Virus record (IMG/VR): IMGVR_UViG_3300013121_000046
Strand: one strand, 5' to 3'
DNA: 64,000 nucleotides
DNA from: a virus
Lineage: Duplodnaviria; Caudoviricetes
Shown here: piece by piece, positions 16,834 through 26,753 of the stretch
How the letters are laid out: the number at the start of each line of letters is the position of its first letter
Position numbering within the stretch: the stretch's first letter is position 1
Program-made: the position numbers and the translations under genes
The notes under the pieces: generated by a model
What the model was told of the DNA's origin: nothing
What the model saw: the letters and a program-made list of their open reading frames with translations, nothing else
The model's database searches: none

Positions 16834-19515
16834 CTATGGGTTAGGTATTACCCCCCGATAATGGATTCGCCGAAATAGGTCAAAGAAATCCAGGCTTCGA
16901 GCCCGCCAATCCCAGGATTGTATTCTCTTCTGCATGTTGGAGGTGAGTCTATCAAAGTCCTCAATTGATGCCTGAATCGCAGAAAAGAAGGCCTCAACTG
17001 TTCGATCCACCAAATACCCATTTTCCCCTGGAACAATAAGTTCTGGCATATTACCCACTGGAGTAGAGATAACCACACAACCGCAAGCAGCAGACTCTAA
17101 AGCGGGGTTGGGAGTACCTTCTGATTCAGAAGCGCAAACATATATCGTCCCAGAATTGTACCACTCTCGCATTTGAGCGGAAGTCAAAATATGTGGGGAG
17201 TGCGAGTCTACAAGCTTCAAATCAGTTTCTACCCCAATTTCCTTTAATCTCTCTGCCAAAGGCTTCAAAATTGATTTATATCCTTTCAACTCAGCATGGT
17301 AGATTGAACCGGTCCAAAGAACCTTGTGCTTTCTTCCTTGGGGTGGCCTAGTGCAATAAAATGTTGAAAGGTCTACACCATTTGCTAGGGGGACTGTGTT
17401 GTTAAGCTTTCCTGACCGCTCCCAACAGTCGAGATTGTTTATTACCACCAAATCAGAAGAGTGAATACTTTGTTTAAGATACTCCATCCTTCTGCCATAA
17501 CCTACATTATAGGAGGTAATAAGCTTTGCTTCTGGGTTTTTAGCCCTAATCGCGTCTCTTGCTCCAGGAGAATTGCCGTAAGGTAGGAGAAATACAACAT
17601 CACTCGGGTAATTACCTACATCAGACCCAATGGTAACAAAAAAATCCTCGGGAGCGTACTTTTGCAGAGCCAAAGCTCGTTTATGGTAAGCCCACCCAGG
17701 TACATCATACACTATATGGAGTCTGATCTTATCCGAAGTCTTGAGGGGAGAACCCCCTAAACTTTCTACGTATCGGTTTGGATTTCCATAAGTCTTGCGA
17801 CTCAAATCTGCCAATTTACTAAGTTCAGAGTTAGACAATCTCATATACTTAGTAAGCAGATTATAATTCATCTTCACCGCCCAATCTTCTTCTGGATTAC
17901 CTCGTGGGTGCCAAAGATGGTACAGCCCAGGATCTATACCCTTAAAGCTTGCCACTTTCCCAAGTCGAGTGATTTTCCAAAAGAAAGCATCATCCTCAGC
18001 CCCCCAGCCCTCAAATCGCTCATCAAAACCACCAACATGGTCAAAAAAGTCTCGTCGTATTAACAAGGAACCTCCATGCACATTCAAACTGGTATAGACC
18101 AAGGTGCAATTATATTTATCAGAGGGCCATTCTGTAGAAGTCTCTTCGTCTAAATAGTGGATTTTGCTCCAAGGTTTAACTGCATCAAAACCATTTATTC
18201 TTCGGAGACCCCAGGTTAAGTACTGAGAAGGGACACAAATATCATTGTCATGCAGTAAAAGATACTCTGTCTTCGCCCTACGAGAACCTACATTAAATGC
18301 CCAACCCCGATTGTAGGGTCTATTCGAGTGACAAAATACGTAATCATCTACTTGATCCGCTATATCTGCAACTTTCGGCGTCTCGTCCTGCTCAACCAGG
18401 ACAACATAAACATCTTCTGTCTGGGACCATATATGTCTTAACACCTTCTCTAAGTTTCTTCTCCGAGGGCCCTCTCCCCGATGCCCAATAATAACCGTGA
18501 CCTTAGCTTCTGTTGTTCTCTCCTTAGGGACTACTGCGGACATAAAAGTAAATTCCTGGTCCGGGAACAGACTGTGTTGATTACGAAATCTTCTATATGA
18601 AGATTTCCCATGCGCTGGAATCCTTGAGCAACTTACATCACATTCTATTAGACCCGATTGCCAGTTTGTTTGATCTTTTTTTTCTGCGTAGCTTTTTCTT
18701 ATGCTACGTTCTACCGGAGTTTCTTGCAACCTATCTAAGGAGACTATCTCACCAATAGTGGAAGCATCTAAAAAAAAGTACTCTTTACCCCACTTAAAAT
18801 GCCTATATGCTCGCTGAATAAAAAGAGGTATGGCCTTATCTAACTCTATCTTTGGATCAAAGTATCCCACCTGTGAAAAAACTTCCCGGGTACCCCATAA
18901 ACATGGGAGGGAGGCCACTTCGGTGCTCGTTGAATAGCTACCCCCACTTACTACTTTCTCTGACCCTAAAGCAGTTCCAAAAAGACCTATCCCAGTCTCT
19001 CGATAACTTTCCCGAATACTCCTTCGCCACCCAGGATTCAAAAAAACTGATCCTGAAGATATGAATAGTATCTCAGATAGTGCAGTCTCACCTAAAAAAT
19101 ACTTTACACCCCGGTTCCAATTTATGCTCCCCCCTTGACTTGGGCCACTTATGCAAGTTACAGCTAGAGCTTGATTCTTTACTAAAGATTTCTGAATGTC
19201 AGAAATCTTAGAGACTTCTGTGGGATTGCTCTGATCTAAAACTAAAGTCAGAGCTAGTTTACTCAGATCCACATCTGCTAAACAGTCAAGAAGGGTATCC
19301 ACCGTCCCCCTAATATTTACAAGCTCTCGACCACAAATGACTACCAGTAGCTTGGGGAACTCCTGGATAGGGCTGATTGCCGGAGCCGTTGGAACACTGA
19401 CAAAAGTTGGTTTGACCGGAGTAAAAATTTCCGGTGGGATTCTTCGGGCCTCAATGGGGAGTTTTGTCTGCGGGATGCGAGATCGAGACTTAGGATATTC
19501 ACTAGGTTTCCTCAT
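16834..19515 (-). CDS. multidomain glycosyltransferase (degenerate GT-A, GT2/GT7C-type GT-A, GT4-like GT-B)
   Basis: YNRGWAFNVG, LLLHDND (DxD), GGFDERFEGWGAEDD, YHLWH (GT7C); IYVCASESEGTPNPALESAACGCVVISTPVG (GT4); N-terminal WNRGVK..VGYFDPK remnant. Confidence 0.88.
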   Translation of the reverse strand: MRKPSEYPKSRSRIPQTKLPIEARRIPPEIFTPVKPTFVSVPTAPAISPIQEFPKLLVVICGRELVNIRGTVDTLLDCLADVDLSKLALTLVLDQSNPTEVSKISDIQKSLVKNQALAVTCISGPSQGGSINWNRGVKYFLGETALSEILFISSGSVFLNPGWRRSIRESYRETGIGLFGTALGSEKVVSGGSYSTSTEVASLPCLWGTREVFSQVGYFDPKIELDKAIPLFIQRAYRHFKWGKEYFFLDASTIGEIVSLDRLQETPVERSIRKSYAEKKDQTNWQSGLIECDVSCSRIPAHGKSSYRRFRNQHSLFPDQEFTFMSAVVPKERTTEAKVTVIIGHRGEGPRRRNLEKVLRHIWSQTEDVYVVLVEQDETPKVADIADQVDDYVFCHSNRPYNRGWAFNVGSRRAKTEYLLLHDNDICVPSQYLTWGLRRINGFDAVKPWSKIHYLDEETSTEWPSDKYNCTLVYTSLNVHGGSLLIRRDFFDHVGGFDERFEGWGAEDDAFFWKITRLGKVASFKGIDPGLYHLWHPRGNPEEDWAVKMNYNLLTKYMRLSNSELSKLADLSRKTYGNPNRYVESLGGSPLKTSDKIRLHIVYDVPGWAYHKRALALQKYAPEDFFVTIGSDVGNYPSDVVFLLPYGNSPGARDAIRAKNPEAKLITSYNVGYGRRMEYLKQSIHSSDLVVINNLDCWERSGKLNNTVPLANGVDLSTFYCTRPPQGRKHKVLWTGSIYHAELKGYKSILKPLAERLKEIGVETDLKLVDSHSPHILTSAQMREWYNSGTIYVCASESEGTPNPALESAACGCVVISTPVGNMPELIVPGENGYLVDRTVEAFFSAIQASIEDFDRLTSNMQKRIQSWDWRARSLDFFDLFRRIHYRGVIPNP

Positions 19516-19796
19516 GTCTGACTCAAAACTAAAACCTGACCTTGAGGTTTTTCTCCCACTCGTAGTGCCACACGAATCAGCTTTGCCAACACTCTAAAAT
19601 TTTCTTTACTTTCCATATCCAAAACAATGTCTCCAGGTCTCGCGAAACGACAAACTAAGTCACTGCACAGAAGCGTCACCACCCCCGGAAATAGAGCATC
19701 AACAGCATAACCAGACCAGGTTCTTCCTGAGGATAAGTACTGAATAGTCATTCCCCGCACTTCAGTAGTAGTAATTACCCAGCCAGGTGTACCCAT
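19512..19796 (-). CDS. hypothetical protein
   Basis: 94 aa ORF with coupled overlaps. Confidence 0.5.
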   Translation of the reverse strand: MGTPGWVITTTEVRGMTIQYLSSGRTWSGYAVDALFPGVVTLLCSDLVCRFARPGDIVLDMESKENFRVLAKLIRVALRVGEKPQGQVLVLSQT

Positions 19797-19797
19797 C

Positions 19798-20346
19798 TTA
19801 AAAGGTCTTTCTAAGATGGAATCTTAAGCTAGCCAATCTGTAATCCCTTGGCTTAGCCTCATCACGGATTATACGTTGTATTAAATCACCTACAAAGTCC
19901 GGACCAAATTTCTGACTAGCATGAATCCAAATTCGAGCCGCTGCCGGTCGAAAGTGCTCCACTTTCTGCTCATCAGTTAATCCCTGTCTGTGGGAGAGCA
20001 ACCAATAGTATAGAGACAGTAAAGTCTTCTCTAACACTCCCCAGAATAGGTCCCCATGCTGCAACAAATTTTTTTCTAATCTGAAAATATCCCCGGACAC
20101 AAAGTACTGTAGGACTTCCAACTCCGTAGGTAAAATTGCTCGATCAATTGCTTTTGTATCTACAAGATCGGCTCTATACTCAAGCAAATCTCCTCTAGCT
20201 ATCCCCAATAATTCCACAGCCGGAGCTAGCTCTTCACGCTTCTGCAATTGACTGACTGCCTCTGCGGAGGCTACAACCCCCCGAGCATCTAAAGCCTTGG
20301 TGACTGTACTCTCCTGGTGTCTGGCTATTGACATAGGAGCCTGCAC
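19798..20346 (-). CDS. hypothetical helical protein (weak resemblance to clamp-loader delta lid/collar)
   Basis: KALDARGVVASAEAVSQL..LVDTKAIDRAI..YFVSGDIFRLEKNL. Confidence 0.45.
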   Translation of the reverse strand: MQAPMSIARHQESTVTKALDARGVVASAEAVSQLQKREELAPAVELLGIARGDLLEYRADLVDTKAIDRAILPTELEVLQYFVSGDIFRLEKNLLQHGDLFWGVLEKTLLSLYYWLLSHRQGLTDEQKVEHFRPAAARIWIHASQKFGPDFVGDLIQRIIRDEAKPRDYRLASLRFHLRKTF

Positions 20347-20573
20347 ACATGGTAAAAATCTCTTTGGATAGCCAAATCCGAGGAAGTACTAGTCAAACCT
20401 CGAAGTGCTAAAAGTACATTCTCGGAACCAGGCACTTTCGCTAGAGCGGTTATAAGTGCATTTCGGTCCTCCGAGGCAGTAAAAATGTTTTGCGCTTGTG
20501 GGATTAAAAATGTATACCCTGAAAGTATACGTTCCCACAAAGATATCCAAGTAGAAACAGTATCTGCGACCAT
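20325..20573 (-). CDS. hypothetical protein
   Basis: 82 aa ORF with a GGAG RBS. Confidence 0.5.
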   Translation of the reverse strand: MVADTVSTWISLWERILSGYTFLIPQAQNIFTASEDRNALITALAKVPGSENVLLALRGLTSTSSDLAIQRDFYHVCRLLCQ

Positions 20574-20576
20574 GTG

Positions 20577-21236
20577 TTACTCCAAAATTCCTGTGTATCG
20601 AGACTGTCCTTCCGGAATAATAGGTTCCGGTATATATCTTCTCGGACATGCTTTCCAAAAGCATGTCGGGCAATGCATATGGTTTACTGGAAATTGCTCA
20701 TTTTCCCGTTCTTGGTCTATACGTTTAACCCAAGCACGAGCAGCGTATAAATCTCGTTGACTGTAGTCCTCTAATCTCAACCATTCAGAACCATCCTCTG
20801 GTTGAACTACAACTTTAGTCCTATCCTCTGCTCCGCCTACGGTTATAAGTTTACGAAACTCGCATAGAAAGATAGCCAGGTATCTCTCATAGTTTCTTCG
20901 GGTCTCATCATACAATCTTCTGGGGTTTCTATATATAGTCCATATTCCAGTACTGTCAGTACAGATTTTTGTTACTGGCAAAGAGAAGATAATCTCAATC
21001 CCAGAGACTTCAACTGGAAGCCAAAAAGCAGTTCCTGAGTAAGGCAAAGCCGTTAGAATTTCTTCCGAGGTATCTAAATAAACCTTCTCAGAAGATCTCC
21101 TCCGATGAAATACCCCAGTAATATCTTCCCAAATAGTTGTTCCCCAATCGGGGATTATTCGTTTATCTTTACCTTGGGGTTCCAATACAGAATATGGACA
21201 CCAAGCATAGTCATTCACAAACTTTTCGGTAAGCAT
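20577..21236 (-). CDS. Cas4/AddB-like PD-(D/E)XK-fold protein with 4-Cys cluster; catalytic motif not evident
   Basis: N-terminal YAWCPY and C-terminal FPVNHMHCPTCFWKACP give the 1+3 Cys arrangement. Confidence 0.5.
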   Translation of the reverse strand: MLTEKFVNDYAWCPYSVLEPQGKDKRIIPDWGTTIWEDITGVFHRRRSSEKVYLDTSEEILTALPYSGTAFWLPVEVSGIEIIFSLPVTKICTDSTGIWTIYRNPRRLYDETRRNYERYLAIFLCEFRKLITVGGAEDRTKVVVQPEDGSEWLRLEDYSQRDLYAARAWVKRIDQERENEQFPVNHMHCPTCFWKACPRRYIPEPIIPEGQSRYTGILE

Positions 21237-21840
21237 CTTGACTTCCTGTTAGACTAACCTTGTCTCTATCCAATTTATCCCTGTACCATTGTACTGGATC
21301 ATGCCCGGTCCTTTCCCCTAAAATTTGAATAATGTCTTCTTCCGAATAAGGTATAGGCTCACCATATCGAAGGATGGCTGTATCAACCCCCACATCCATA
21401 GACCTTCTCTCCGGAAAAATGGTGGACATGGTTTCCTCTCTTTGACCATGTAGGTGCCCATACAGATGATAGGACCCATAATGAGAGGCAGGCCAAAAGA
21501 AGTGCGGATAATGAGAGAGAAAACACTTCTCACCTCGAACTTTTACTTCCTTAGTATCCACTACCTGAGAAAATACCCCTGGAACCATCCAGTTCTTCAC
21601 AATATCGTGATTTCCTCGAATTAATACCACCTCGCTACAGATAATCCGCTTCCTATGCGCCTCAATATCCCCAAAACTAAAGTCTCCCAGGATGTACAGC
21701 CTGTCTCTGTATTTAACCCGACTGTTAATCCCAGCCAGAACTGCGGTATCATGATCTTCTATGGAATCATACGGTCTTTGAGTTATCGCTAAAATCTTCT
21801 TATGACTTAGATGAGTATCGGCAATAAACCACTTTCTCAT
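21211..21840 (-). CDS. calcineurin-like metallophosphoesterase
   Basis: ADTHLSH, LYILGDFS, IRGNHD, LSHYP, LYGHLH, MDVGVD; AAGGAG RBS before the ATG at 21840. Confidence 0.92.
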   Translation of the reverse strand: MRKWFIADTHLSHKKILAITQRPYDSIEDHDTAVLAGINSRVKYRDRLYILGDFSFGDIEAHRKRIICSEVVLIRGNHDIVKNWMVPGVFSQVVDTKEVKVRGEKCFLSHYPHFFWPASHYGSYHLYGHLHGQREETMSTIFPERRSMDVGVDTAILRYGEPIPYSEEDIIQILGERTGHDPVQWYRDKLDRDKVSLTGSQDAYRKVCE

Positions 21841-21857
21841 ACACTCGATACTCCTTT

Positions 21858-22517
21858 TTATGGACCAACCACAATTAGCATATCTGGGACATTTACCTGA
21901 ACACTCTGGACTCTTGGGTGGGTCCTTAACCAATCTAAGTACTGTTGATCCTTTAGAATGCTAACCCCCAATACCGGGTGATTAAAGTTGTGAGAGAAGA
22001 ATATTCTTCCCCCAGTTTTTGATATCCGATTTATTAAATCCTGAGTAAAAAACTCCCACTCAGGAAATCCCCAGGACACTAACTCTTCGCCCACTCGATC
22101 CTTATCAAAACCAGTCCCCATTATGGTAATTAAGTCAAACTCAGCTATCTCTGAGGGTAACGGCTGTCTAGCCAGTATCTTGAAATCTATTGCCGGTAAA
22201 CCCACACCTCTCAAAACATCCATACAAATTGGGTGGTTATCTAGGCATAGTACTTCGTGACCTAAGGTTCGGAGTAGGAAAGAAAATATCCCAAAACCCG
22301 CGCCAATGTCAAAGGCTCGAAGCCTAGGCACCTCGGTTATACCTAAACGATAAGCATACTCAGACACTCTAGGGAACTGATAGTCAAAATCAAAGAATTT
22401 AGTAAAGCCATTAGGATCAAACCCATATTTTTCTCGCAGTTGATCTGATATCTTATTGGGCCAAGCTGCTCTTAACCGATTAGCTAATTCAGTGACCTGA
22501 GCTTCCTTTGAAGGCAT
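21858..22517 (-). CDS. class I SAM-dependent methyltransferase
   Basis: RAFDIGAGFGIFS (motif I), VLCLD, EFDLIT, GGRIFF. Confidence 0.8.
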   Translation of the reverse strand: MPSKEAQVTELANRLRAAWPNKISDQLREKYGFDPNGFTKFFDFDYQFPRVSEYAYRLGITEVPRLRAFDIGAGFGIFSFLLRTLGHEVLCLDNHPICMDVLRGVGLPAIDFKILARQPLPSEIAEFDLITIMGTGFDKDRVGEELVSWGFPEWEFFTQDLINRISKTGGRIFFSHNFNHPVLGVSILKDQQYLDWLRTHPRVQSVQVNVPDMLIVVGP

Positions 22518-23506
22518 CGAGAAAATATCTCCGAAAGTTTTTGGCAGATTACAACCGGTCTCCTTGCTTCTCGGACTTTCTCCGAATTACGCAAACGAAA
22601 CTCGCTTAAACTTTCCCAATGATTTAACACATTCTGTATTACAGAGGATAAATCTCGCCAATCCGGGGAGCAGGAGATAAGTGATCCGTCCCTAAAAATG
22701 TCCGGATCACTCTTCACATACTCATTGCTGGGCTTAATGACAATACAGCCGGTGGCTAATGCCTCATAATCCCGGTAACAAGCTTCGCCGTAACCCCAAG
22801 GGGAAACACAAATTTTTGACTTAACCAGTAGATTAGCGTACTCAGTATTATGGACAAACCGCTGTCCCTCACAAATACCTGGCCAATCTGTAAAAGTGCT
22901 CAGTTTCGTCAACAAGCTTCTTCTGTGTGAAGTTACAGACTCTTCCCCATAGTTCACAGTCCCCATGAAACAATACACGTTAGGGCGTGTATCCTCGACC
23001 TTCCAAGGAACGTCAAAACAAGCTCCTAGTCGCTCATAAGCACAATAACTATATCCAAGTTCTATTTTAGCTAGGTCTTTCTCCGTTAGCTGTGGGTTAG
23101 GAATTCTATTCTCTAGTTTCGGAAGTCCCATAGTGTCTCTGTATATGTCTACGTGGTGTCTACCTCCCCATTGATTATGTTTTTGGGGGTCAACAAAAGT
23201 GGTATTCTTTATCACACCTAACACTTTAGGGTGAGATAAAAATCTACGCGAAGTCCCTAACTGTGCCCCATCTATTCGCTCAAGAATAATCACTGGGGCT
23301 TGTGTAGATTCAAGCATCCCGACAGATACTAACTCTTGGTGTACCAAAACAAAATCTACCCCAACCCCTAAAGGCTGAGGTAGATTTTCAGGGTTTTGAT
23401 ACTGTTCGTAACCGACTAACTCATAATCAAAATCAGCCAGCCTATCCTTATTACTCCAAATAGGCTGAGGCTGATTCGGATCCTTATAATACAATTTGAA
23501 CTTCAT
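22484..23506 (-). CDS. glycosyltransferase (GT-B, Glyco_trans_1_2-like)
   Basis: YANLLVKSKICVSPWGYGEACYRDYEALATGCIVIKP. Confidence 0.82.
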   Translation of the reverse strand: MKFKLYYKDPNQPQPIWSNKDRLADFDYELVGYEQYQNPENLPQPLGVGVDFVLVHQELVSVGMLESTQAPVIILERIDGAQLGTSRRFLSHPKVLGVIKNTTFVDPQKHNQWGGRHHVDIYRDTMGLPKLENRIPNPQLTEKDLAKIELGYSYCAYERLGACFDVPWKVEDTRPNVYCFMGTVNYGEESVTSHRRSLLTKLSTFTDWPGICEGQRFVHNTEYANLLVKSKICVSPWGYGEACYRDYEALATGCIVIKPSNEYVKSDPDIFRDGSLISCSPDWRDLSSVIQNVLNHWESLSEFRLRNSEKVREARRPVVICQKLSEIFSRCLQRKLRSLN

Positions 23507-23540
23507 ATTGCTGTCTATCTTTAAGAAAAATCAAGTAGAA

Positions 23541-26402
23541 CTATGCCCCTTGGGCATCTAAGGCTTCCCGAAATTCCTTAGAGAGTTTTCCTTCAGGAAT
23601 TCCCAAGGTTTTTATTAGCTTAAGGAATTCAGGATTAGAAACCGCTTGCTGTATGGCTTTCTGCTGCCTCTTATCAACTATTTTTTTAATCTCAGTTGGA
23701 GAAAGGTTAGGATTTTCCTTACGAAGTCTCTCCGGAAGCTTAAAGTTAAAGTATATGGCCTTAAGATGAGTCAAGGCCGCTATAATATATTCATATTGGG
23801 GCAGTGATTCTGGGGTAACTGAAATAAGATATCTACCCATTGTTTCTGGGCTTGTCTTAGCTAAAAGGGGCTCAACCTTAGGCCAGCGGGACCCCGAAGC
23901 GCCCTCCAAATCTACAGTGTTTTTATCTACCAATGAACTTAGATACCCAGGGATGATTCGAGAAAATTTATCCTTAGTGGTGACCGAGAGTCTGGGATTA
24001 GACAGAGTTGCTAGTATTGTTTTCTCCAGAGGTTCCCAATGACTCCCCTGTAGCCCTGAGTCTCGATAGTACTGGTCAATCAATTCAGGATTACGATTGG
24101 CCAAAATAGCAGCCTCAGCTTCTGGCCAAGCTACATTAAAGGTAGATACATATCGTAGAATATCCGGAAGTACTTTTTTAGCCTCCCTACTCTTTAGGAC
24201 CGAGTTAATCATAGATAGCAGAGGGCTATTTTTCGAGAAGGGTACCCTCGCTACCGTAATAGCATAATTTATGGCCTCGGAGGTATTCTTCTTCGTAACT
24301 AGAACTTTTTCCAATTCAGGCCACTCTGGTAACTTCAATATTTGTACGTACTTATACGCTGAAGAATAATTACCGGAGCTAGCCTGTCCCAACAAAATTT
24401 TCTCTAACTCAGGCCAGCGAGCCTTTCTTACCTCGGTTAAATACTTGAGAGGGAAGGTCAAGTCTCCACTAGCTGCTTGTTGTAACACCCCTCGCTCAAG
24501 CGCAGGATACGGTTTGCCACCCAAAAACATTACCGCGTATGTATAAGCCTCTTCCGGACTTTCCGTCGCTAAAGCGACTAACTCCCGATCATCCAGTAGA
24601 CCCTGTTTTGCAATTTCCCTACAATATTTAGCATATAGTTTAACACTTTTTTCCTTAATGACCGCAATGCACTTCTCCTGCTCCTCCTCTGAAATTTGCT
24701 TAGATAGCAGCATGGCATAAGCTATCCCAGGATCATCTGCATAATTCTTAAACAAAATACTAGCAGAGGCCTTATCAGTTTTTAGTACATGCTGAATTAG
24801 ATTTTTGACATTATCGCCCAAAGCATAGTCACGAATCAAACCCCCAGCAACTAGAGCCTCCCAAACAGGATGGTCAGCCGGAATCATTTGCACTTGATTC
24901 CGAAGATTGTGCATCTGTCCACCAATAACGTATGGACCCATTAGAATCATAGGTACATTATTTCGATACAGTAGATATAAAGGTCTCTTAGGCCCAACAG
25001 CATAACCAGAAGAATCTCGATAAGTCTTGTGCTTCATACATACAGTAGAACCAATACCAGATAACAATCCCGGCTCCTGCCCCTCTTCACCACAAACATC
25101 ACCATCCTTAATTTTTACCAGCATATAAACCACGGGTTTAGCTGGGCCTTTTACCCAATTCTCTAGCTTTGAACTTAAGGCCCCACTGACCCAAGTATAT
25201 GGATCAGAAAGAGTATCCTTAAAGGTAATCTCTATTGCATCCTGTAAATTAAGTTTTCGTTCATTAGTCTCTGGATCTATCTTATAGAATTTATCCGAGA
25301 AAGATAGTTCAGTAATGTCCTTATCTGAAAGAGATTCCTTCTTCTTACTTAGTAATTTCTTTACTTGGTTTGCATATGGTCCAAGGAGTTCTTCACCTCT
25401 TTCTTTTACGTACTCTCTAAGTTCCCCTCTAGCTTTTTCGGAGCTTCTGAGAACAGAATCCGCATCCATCCCAGGGTATCTCTGGGACATAAACTCATTC
25501 TTAGCCACCTGAAATAAAGTTGAAGCCTTATCAGCTAACCCCCAAAGCATGGTCGTATATTTTGACATTACCCCTAAGAAATCCTGATAGGTGGTAATAC
25601 TGTTAGGTTGGGGATTAATATTTAACTCAAGAGGTTGTCCCTGGGCATCTCTAAAGAAAGGTAAACTCCGAAGGCGATCAAATCTCTCCAAATCCTTCCT
25701 AACTTCTTCTTCATCTGTGTGTAAGTCTAGATCCACCCCACCAATCGAAGAAGGTAATAGAGAAGTCTGAAAAACCCAGTCAATGTGTCCTGGAGAGACT
25801 CGATCACTAACAGTAATCCGTTGAATCACTGGAGGCATAAGTTCAGATGCCACTTCCAACACCATCTTAGCCAGTTCCGGTCCTGTTGCTTTAGAGACTC
25901 CTTCCGCAGCTATATGTACCTTTCGGGTATAGAAATTGACCTTAATACTAGAAACTCGGAAAGGATTCTCCGGAGATTCCGGTAAGAAAGTTTCCCCTTT
26001 GGGGTCGCTAAAATCTTCTGATGCTTCGGGAACATCCTTGTTAACTTCTTCCTCAAGTGGGCTCAAATCCTGAGGCTGCTGTTTACGACTGGATTGTAAT
26101 CTCTTAACAAAAGCCTCGGTACTAATGGGGGGAGAACCTCCCTTAACCCAGACTAAATTTTGAACATAGGTACCACTTCCCGCGTCCTTAGTAGGTTGAA
26201 TAGTTATGCTGTACCCGGTTGCAAGTTGAATTTCCGACAATAAACCCTTTAAGGCTCTCGCATTGTTACCGTCTCGGTGTCTGGAGGCATTTTCCAGATA
26301 CCAATCTATCAATTGGAGTATCTTGGTGGTAGTCAAGGCGGCAACTCTTGTACGAGCTTGGGGTATAAAAAACTTTACCCCAAAATTAGTCCTCTGAACC
26401 AT
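23541..26402 (-). CDS. large phage protein with C-terminal W-P-x-x-E helical repeats (probable virion protein)
   Basis: Repeats YPALERGVL, RWPELEKILL, EWPELEKVLV, AWPEAEAAIL, HWEPLEKTIL, RWPKVEPLL. Confidence 0.65.
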   Translation of the reverse strand: MVQRTNFGVKFFIPQARTRVAALTTTKILQLIDWYLENASRHRDGNNARALKGLLSEIQLATGYSITIQPTKDAGSGTYVQNLVWVKGGSPPISTEAFVKRLQSSRKQQPQDLSPLEEEVNKDVPEASEDFSDPKGETFLPESPENPFRVSSIKVNFYTRKVHIAAEGVSKATGPELAKMVLEVASELMPPVIQRITVSDRVSPGHIDWVFQTSLLPSSIGGVDLDLHTDEEEVRKDLERFDRLRSLPFFRDAQGQPLELNINPQPNSITTYQDFLGVMSKYTTMLWGLADKASTLFQVAKNEFMSQRYPGMDADSVLRSSEKARGELREYVKERGEELLGPYANQVKKLLSKKKESLSDKDITELSFSDKFYKIDPETNERKLNLQDAIEITFKDTLSDPYTWVSGALSSKLENWVKGPAKPVVYMLVKIKDGDVCGEEGQEPGLLSGIGSTVCMKHKTYRDSSGYAVGPKRPLYLLYRNNVPMILMGPYVIGGQMHNLRNQVQMIPADHPVWEALVAGGLIRDYALGDNVKNLIQHVLKTDKASASILFKNYADDPGIAYAMLLSKQISEEEQEKCIAVIKEKSVKLYAKYCREIAKQGLLDDRELVALATESPEEAYTYAVMFLGGKPYPALERGVLQQAASGDLTFPLKYLTEVRKARWPELEKILLGQASSGNYSSAYKYVQILKLPEWPELEKVLVTKKNTSEAINYAITVARVPFSKNSPLLSMINSVLKSREAKKVLPDILRYVSTFNVAWPEAEAAILANRNPELIDQYYRDSGLQGSHWEPLEKTILATLSNPRLSVTTKDKFSRIIPGYLSSLVDKNTVDLEGASGSRWPKVEPLLAKTSPETMGRYLISVTPESLPQYEYIIAALTHLKAIYFNFKLPERLRKENPNLSPTEIKKIVDKRQQKAIQQAVSNPEFLKLIKTLGIPEGKLSKEFREALDAQGA

Positions 26403-26405
26403 AGT

Positions 26406-26753
26406 CTAGCTCCAAAATATCTGATCTTTAGCCTTGAGGGGAATACCCGTAAATCTTTCGTAAATTCTTTTCCATTTAGGGTACAAGTCTCGCTTTTCCA
26501 TACCACCGTATTTTTCCTGCACAGCTAGTAAAGCATCCAACCAAGACTCTTGGGGAGTCAGTTTTTCCTCCGTAAGCCCACGCCCTACACTGTCGAGCAG
26601 TAAAGACTCTATCTCCAGAGCCTCCTGCTTATACCTGGTATCAATTTCCTCCGGAGTATACTCCGATCTAGGAGCAGCCTCCAGCAAGGCTGTAGCTAGT
26701 CTCCAACGTCGGGTTGCGTCCATACTAGTAACTTGTCTTAGTATACCCACCAC
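26406..26753 (-). CDS. hypothetical protein
   Basis: ORF fills the gap; likely start MDATRR (~26723). Confidence 0.55.
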   Translation of the reverse strand: MVGILRQVTSMDATRRWRLATALLEAAPRSEYTPEEIDTRYKQEALEIESLLLDSVGRGLTEEKLTPQESWLDALLAVQEKYGGMEKRDLYPKWKRIYERFTGIPLKAKDQIFWS

